Notes under the pieces: generated by a model
Told to the model about the DNA's origin: nothing
Database searches by the model: none
What the model saw: the letters and a program-made list of their open reading frames with translations, nothing else
Virus record (IMG/VR): IMGVR_UViG_2713896772_000022
DNA: 9,731 nt
Direction: 5' to 3' (one strand)
Origin: a virus
Lineage: Duplodnaviria; Heunggongvirae; Uroviricota; Caudoviricetes
In this document: piece after piece, positions 6,576 through 9,731 of the stretch
How positions within the stretch are numbered: position 1 is the stretch's first letter
How the letters are laid out: every line of letters begins with the position of its first letter
Program-made: the position numbers and the translations under genes

Positions 6576-6837
6576 CGTAAGCAATTGATATATAAGTTAA
6601 AAATGGCAGGGTGAATAGTGTGCATGGTTTTGCGAAAAAAAAGTATTTTTTGTAGAGTCAAGTCCCGGTTTGGATCCGTTTAACGGAACCTAACTAGATT
6701 GACTATTTCTCTGATGATTTTTGGATAAATAATCAACAAAAATCAAAATGTGAACAGAGAATGGTGGGGGCACAAAAAGGGGCATAATTGAATTAATTAT
6801 AATTAAATTTCAATTTTTACAATAGGTTAAATGTGTG

Positions 6838-6859
6838 TGCGAGTCCGGCCTTCGCACCA
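6838..6859 (+). other. att core-like sequence (partial tRNA 3' end ...GAGTCCGGCCTTCGCACCA); putative attR and satellite boundary
   Basis: TGCGAGTCCGGCCTTCGCACCA resembles the T-loop/acceptor 3' end of tRNA-Leu leuX and the P4 attP core as I recall them, with one missing G. No complete tRNA lies upstream (AT-rich), so it is a partial copy. The coding character changes downstream. Confidence 0.5.
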
Positions 6860-7392
6860 AGTTACTAAATTCCTTACAATACAGTTAGTTAGACGATTAA
6901 ATCTGTCTCTTTTGCCTGTAAGAAATGCTCTGTTATGTCCCTTGAAAAAGCCGCTGTGGTTGATAGTGGTAATTGGGATGTTAACTCATAGCGGCGTGTC
7001 GTTCCAAGCGTCAAACACGTACTGACTCAACTTGAAAGCTATGACGTAGCCACCGTCTCTAAACAATCCCAAAACTTTTAGTGCAGCGCATTTTAGCCCG
7101 ATGCCCCCATTCTGTCGCCGTCGCGAGACGCCGCAGGGGATAAACAGGTTTATGGTGGTCACGGTACTTGCAGACCATATGCAAGCTCTGCCAGCGGTTC
7201 GGCCTCGCTCCCCTTGGGTACATGGTCATCCTGATAAGCCTCACTAACTGACATAACCCTGATGAAGTCGCAAGAGGCTCCGCTTGTTGTCTTACCACCA
7301 ACGGGGCTTTATGGATTCTATTGCTTAATATATGATTGTATCAAACTTAGACTGCATAATTTAAACGAACATAACAATCAGGCAGGGGAAGA

Positions 7393-8217
7393 ATGATAAA
7401 GCCATTTTCTGTGAGGTATGGTCATGTTGACGTTAGAGAGCATGTCCAGCTGAATGATCTTAATTCTGATACACGCATGGCATTGTGGAATTGCTTATAT
7501 CTTTTCCTTTGGACTAACAATCGTCAAACTGCTACAGCAACAAAATGTGCGCAGTCTGTGTGGATATATTATCTAAATCAACCTGCGGATAATATTCCTC
7601 GTTATGAAAGTGGATACAAAAGTGATAAGACGTTGCTGACTGCTATCCGAGATTATATATATGGGGAAGCATGGTATTTGGTATATGATTTAATTGAGTT
7701 CATCATTGAGAGAACTAATTCATATATTAATCTATCGAAGCATCTCAATTCCATCTTTAAAAAGCATGGCGTTGGTTATACCATAATAAATGGTTGTATT
7801 ACTCCTATTTCAAATGATAACGAAATTGAAAGTGTTCAGAACGCAGTTGATAATGGCACTGATTCATCGCGTAGCCATTTCGAAAGGGCGTTACAACTAA
7901 TGACGGATAGAGAGCAGCCAGACTACAGAAACTCGATTAAAGAGTCTATCTCTGCAATTGAATCTTTATGCAGGAAAATCACGGGCAATGATAAAGGAAC
8001 CTTGGGGGCTTGTCTTAAAGCTATAGAGGAAAAAGGATATATACACTCTGCAATGAAAGGCGCTTTTAGTCAGCTCTATGGTTATACAAGTGATCAGGGT
8101 GGAATACGTCATGCGCTAACAGAAGAAGATGTAAATCCTACCTTAGCTGAAGCTAAATTTATGTTAGTCACTTGCAGTGCGTTCAGTAATTATCTGTTGT
8201 CAAAAATAAGTGATTAA
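7393..8217 (+). CDS. Hypothetical protein (274 aa), low-GC cargo; function unknown
   Basis: ATG at 7393 with GGGGAAG upstream; long uninterrupted ORF with AT-rich codon usage unlike the satellite core; stop TAA 8215-8217 followed by a strong hairpin. No motif I can assign with confidence. Confidence 0.75.
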   Translation: MIKPFSVRYGHVDVREHVQLNDLNSDTRMALWNCLYLFLWTNNRQTATATKCAQSVWIYYLNQPADNIPRYESGYKSDKTLLTAIRDYIYGEAWYLVYDLIEFIIERTNSYINLSKHLNSIFKKHGVGYTIINGCITPISNDNEIESVQNAVDNGTDSSRSHFERALQLMTDREQPDYRNSIKESISAIESLCRKITGNDKGTLGACLKAIEEKGYIHSAMKGAFSQLYGYTSDQGGIRHALTEEDVNPTLAEAKFMLVTCSAFSNYLLSKISD

Positions 8218-8235
8218 TTACAGGTTTATAGTTAC

Positions 8236-8256
8236 GAGTGGGTTAGTTACCCACTC
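8236..8256. terminator. Hairpin between convergent genes (GAGTGGGT-TAGTT-ACCCACTC), likely bidirectional terminator
   Basis: Perfect 8-bp stem at 8236-8243 / 8249-8256, between the stop codons at 8215-8217 (plus) and 8266-8268 (minus). Confidence 0.5.
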
Positions 8257-8265
8257 CCTTTAAAA

Positions 8266-8838
8266 TTATTCACCAGACTCTAATCTTTTTTCTCTTTTCT
8301 CATCTCTCCTTTTTATTGCCAAATCGTGTTGCTCTTGCAGATACGTGCGTTCTTCGTTTCTATCGCTTGAAGTATATACGTCTGCTTTTACTTTTTTAGC
8401 TCCTTGTGCAATAGGTTTCCAATCCTCTCTTATACCTTTAATTTGTTCTGCAATTTGCGTCAATGGGCTTCTCGCTCCTAGATAACTTATTCCTTCAAAT
8501 GTCGCCATGTCATACACATATTCATTTGTTTCTCTATCGTTTGATTTAGGTTTGCTTGCCCAGCTTATATTAATATTATAAATTTGATCTTTGATTTGTT
8601 CATACTTACAGAGATTGCTGGTAAGTGATTGCCCATTTTTTAACACGCTTACCTTACTAAACGGAATCTCACTTTTTTCTCTATGCTCCGCATTTACTAG
8701 TGGAGGATCAAACACAACCTCAACATTATAGGCAGGTGCGTTCCCTGTATTAGCAATGTTAATATCAAAGTAAAAAGCGGCCCAAGGGTTTGGCTCAAGT
8801 GTTACAACTATATGGGGTTGAGCTGATGCGTCAACCAT
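8266..8838 (-). CDS. Hypothetical protein (~190 aa), low-GC cargo; 5' end abuts the IS911 terminus
   Basis: The track ORF (208 aa) starts at GTG 8892, inside the IS-end sequence. The first ATG is at 8838 (MVDASAQPHIVV...) with only a weak Shine-Dalgarno. N-terminal half looks beta-rich, C-terminal tail highly charged (KRRDEKREKRLE). Confidence 0.6.
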   Translation of the reverse strand: MVDASAQPHIVVTLEPNPWAAFYFDINIANTGNAPAYNVEVVFDPPLVNAEHREKSEIPFSKVSVLKNGQSLTSNLCKYEQIKDQIYNINISWASKPKSNDRETNEYVYDMATFEGISYLGARSPLTQIAEQIKGIREDWKPIAQGAKKVKADVYTSSDRNEERTYLQEQHDLAIKRRDEKREKRLESGE

Positions 8839-8938
8839 TCTTTTTGTCTCGTCTGCTCTGAAGTGGTGAAGTGGTTTACTGAATTTGGCCACCTGAACAG
8901 AGGTGATATGCTCACCTCAGAACAACACAGGTGCTCCA

Positions 8939-9731
<793 letters not shown>

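Larger units (their letters stand above)
1..6859. mobile_element. P4-like satellite prophage, right arm (partial; integrase and hotspot not in window)
   Basis: Co-occurrence and orientation of Psu, Ogr/Delta-type zinc finger, Sid-like, AlpA/Vis-like and alpha-type primase-helicase genes, TGT-N12-ACA boxes, and a tRNA 3'-end-like sequence ending CACCA at 6859. This matches the layout of an integrated P4-family element as I recall it. Confidence 0.7.

Noticed and set aside
6831-7025. 64-aa ORF spanning the att core
   Set aside because: It reads straight through the tRNA-like att sequence and AT-rich DNA with no ribosome-binding site; most likely chance.
7059-7301. 80-aa minus-strand ORF in the GC-rich block
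   Set aside because: TTG start, no ribosome-binding site, composition typical of GC-driven open frames; the region is reported as a finding instead.
7060-8217. Retron (msr/msd RNA plus reverse transcriptase) interpretation of the structured GC-rich block followed by a gene
   Set aside because: The downstream 274-aa protein has no reverse-transcriptase YxDD motif or other RT signatures, and no a1/a2 flanking inverted repeats were seen.
8903-8938. N-terminal extension of IS911 orfA from GTG 8903
   Set aside because: The known OrfA begins MKKRNFS at ATG 8939; the extension lies within the IS terminal sequence.

Overview
The first ~6.9 kb is the right-hand arm of an integrated P4-like satellite prophage. 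On the minus strand is a late operon in the order sid-like, psu, ogr/delta-like. On the plus strand are an AlpA/Vis-family regulator, a leader region with P4-style seqA/seqB/seqC complementarity, three small translationally coupled genes and the alpha primase-helicase. TTCAC-type iteron clusters sit on both sides of the replication operon, and a tRNA-3'-end-like att core at 6838-6859 marks the likely element boundary. Beyond it lie a GC-rich non-coding block, two convergent low-GC genes of unknown function (7393-8217 and 8266-8838), and the 5' part of an IS911-like IS3-family element running off the window. The integrase and the classical psu-int accessory hotspot would lie to the left, outside the window. 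The low-GC gene pair is the best candidate for an undescribed system here. Several ORFs in the supplied track begin with GTG/TTG (translated as M), so starts were re-derived from ATG plus Shine-Dalgarno context. All identifications rest on reading the sequence and remembered family features; nothing was searched.
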